From an uncultured Acidobacteriota bacterium (GTDB lineage: Bacteria > Acidobacteriota > Thermoanaerobaculia > UBA5066 > Gp7-AA6), in contig CAWDSI010000035.1 in NCBI GenBank assembly GCA_963804915.1, forward strand, positions 14,827 through 78,826: a DNA stretch of 64,000 nt, given 5' to 3'. Below the pieces are notes generated by a model. It ran no database searches. It was not told the DNA's origin and saw only the letters and a program-made list of their open reading frames with translations. The translations under genes were made by a program, and so were the position numbers. Of this stretch, positions 63,408 through 64,000 are shown one piece after another; position 1 is the first letter of the stretch; every line of letters starts with the position of its first letter.

Positions 63408-63537
63408 CCCAAATCTCTCCTTCTTTTCACGCCTTCCGAGCTTTCACGCCGTCCGAGACGGTCTGGAACGCGCCGTCCGGCGCAATAGTTTGCGAACCCT
63501 ATCATGAGCGTCGGGGCTACCGATGAGCGACCCGCGA

Positions 63538-64000
63538 TCAGTGCTCCTCGTGGGCGACGGCCGCGCCGACGTAGACGCCCGACAGCAGCGCGAATACGTA
63601 CGCCTGCAGAAAGGCCGTGAAGATTCCGAGAGCCATCATCGGCCATGGCACCACCACGGGCACGAGGCTCGCGAAGACGTTCGTCGTCGTGTGCTCGCCG
63701 AAGATGTTCATGAAGAGCCGGAGCGAGAGCGACAGGATCCGGGCGAACGTCCCGATGATCTCGATCACGAAGAAGAGGGGCGCGATCCAGATCAGCGGCC
63801 CCATGAAGTGCTTGAGGTAGCCGCCCAGGCCGTGCTCCCGGATGCCCTCGATGTTGAAGTACAGGAAGGACACGGCGGCGAGGGCCACGGTGGCCGACAG
63901 CGAGCCCGTCGGCGGCTGCAGGAAGAAGAAAAGCCCGAAGAGATTGCCCATCGCGATGAAGACGAAGAGGGCGCCGACGATCGGCAGGTACTGGCGGATG
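63538..64000 (-). CDS. atpB: F0F1 ATP synthase subunit a, 5' end outside the window
   Basis: ..LSLSLRLFMNIFGEHT.. (conserved Arg helix) and ..FLQAYVFALLSGVYVG... The frame is open to the window edge. Confidence 0.9.
   Translation of the reverse strand, partial: IRQYLPIVGALFVFIAMGNLFGLFFFLQPPTGSLSATVALAAVSFLYFNIEGIREHGLGGYLKHFMGPLIWIAPLFFVIEIIGTFARILSLSLRLFMNIFGEHTTTNVFASLVPVVVPWPMMALGIFTAFLQAYVFALLSGVYVGAAVAHEEH

Overview
Visibly high-GC bacterial chromosomal segment (roughly two-thirds G+C by eye, not computed). It is densely packed with about 58 protein genes. I saw no rRNA, tRNA, CRISPR array, transposase or integrase.

Content is mostly housekeeping:
- Pyrimidine and aromatic amino-acid genes: pyrR-pyrB-pyrC, carB, aroF-carA-lolE, aroC.
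- argS and uvrD.
- The conserved phoH-pgpH-ybeY-corC-era string.
- atpB-atpE.
- An acyl-CoA dehydrogenase-meaB-mce operon.
- SpoIID and envelope genes (M23 peptidase, O-antigen-ligase-like, GT39-like).
- An ECF sigma/anti-sigma pair and a RES-Xre toxin-antitoxin pair.

The repertoire (Ser/Thr-kinase-TPR fusions, Asp-box propeller, palindromic 'gtcatcccgag' repeat) suggests an Acidobacteriota-like lineage. That is inference only.

Most unusual observations:
1. An MglA-type polarity GTPase has a long acidic/proline tail that runs into a coiled-coil ORF, with no MglB partner nearby.
2. Three head-to-tail Ser/Thr-kinase/TPR paralogues reconstruct to the same length. They carry 0, 1 and 3 frame breaks and sit beside a roughly 14-repeat Asp-box propeller.
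3. About 30 reading-frame disruptions fall in about 14 genes. They cluster in hot spots (pyrC about 12, first 1.4 kb 5), are mostly +1 insertions, and hit essential genes (atpE, ybeY, pyrC). I read them mainly as consensus error or collapsed strain variation, not gene death.
4. Fourteen 4-nt NTGA stop/start overlaps, including two CTGA junctions, plus an ATT-start candidate for phoH.
5. Several palindromic or tandem repeat elements.

I did not find a clear-cut new defence or mobile system. The MglA module is my best candidate for undescribed biology. All family calls come from reading motifs; no database search was possible.
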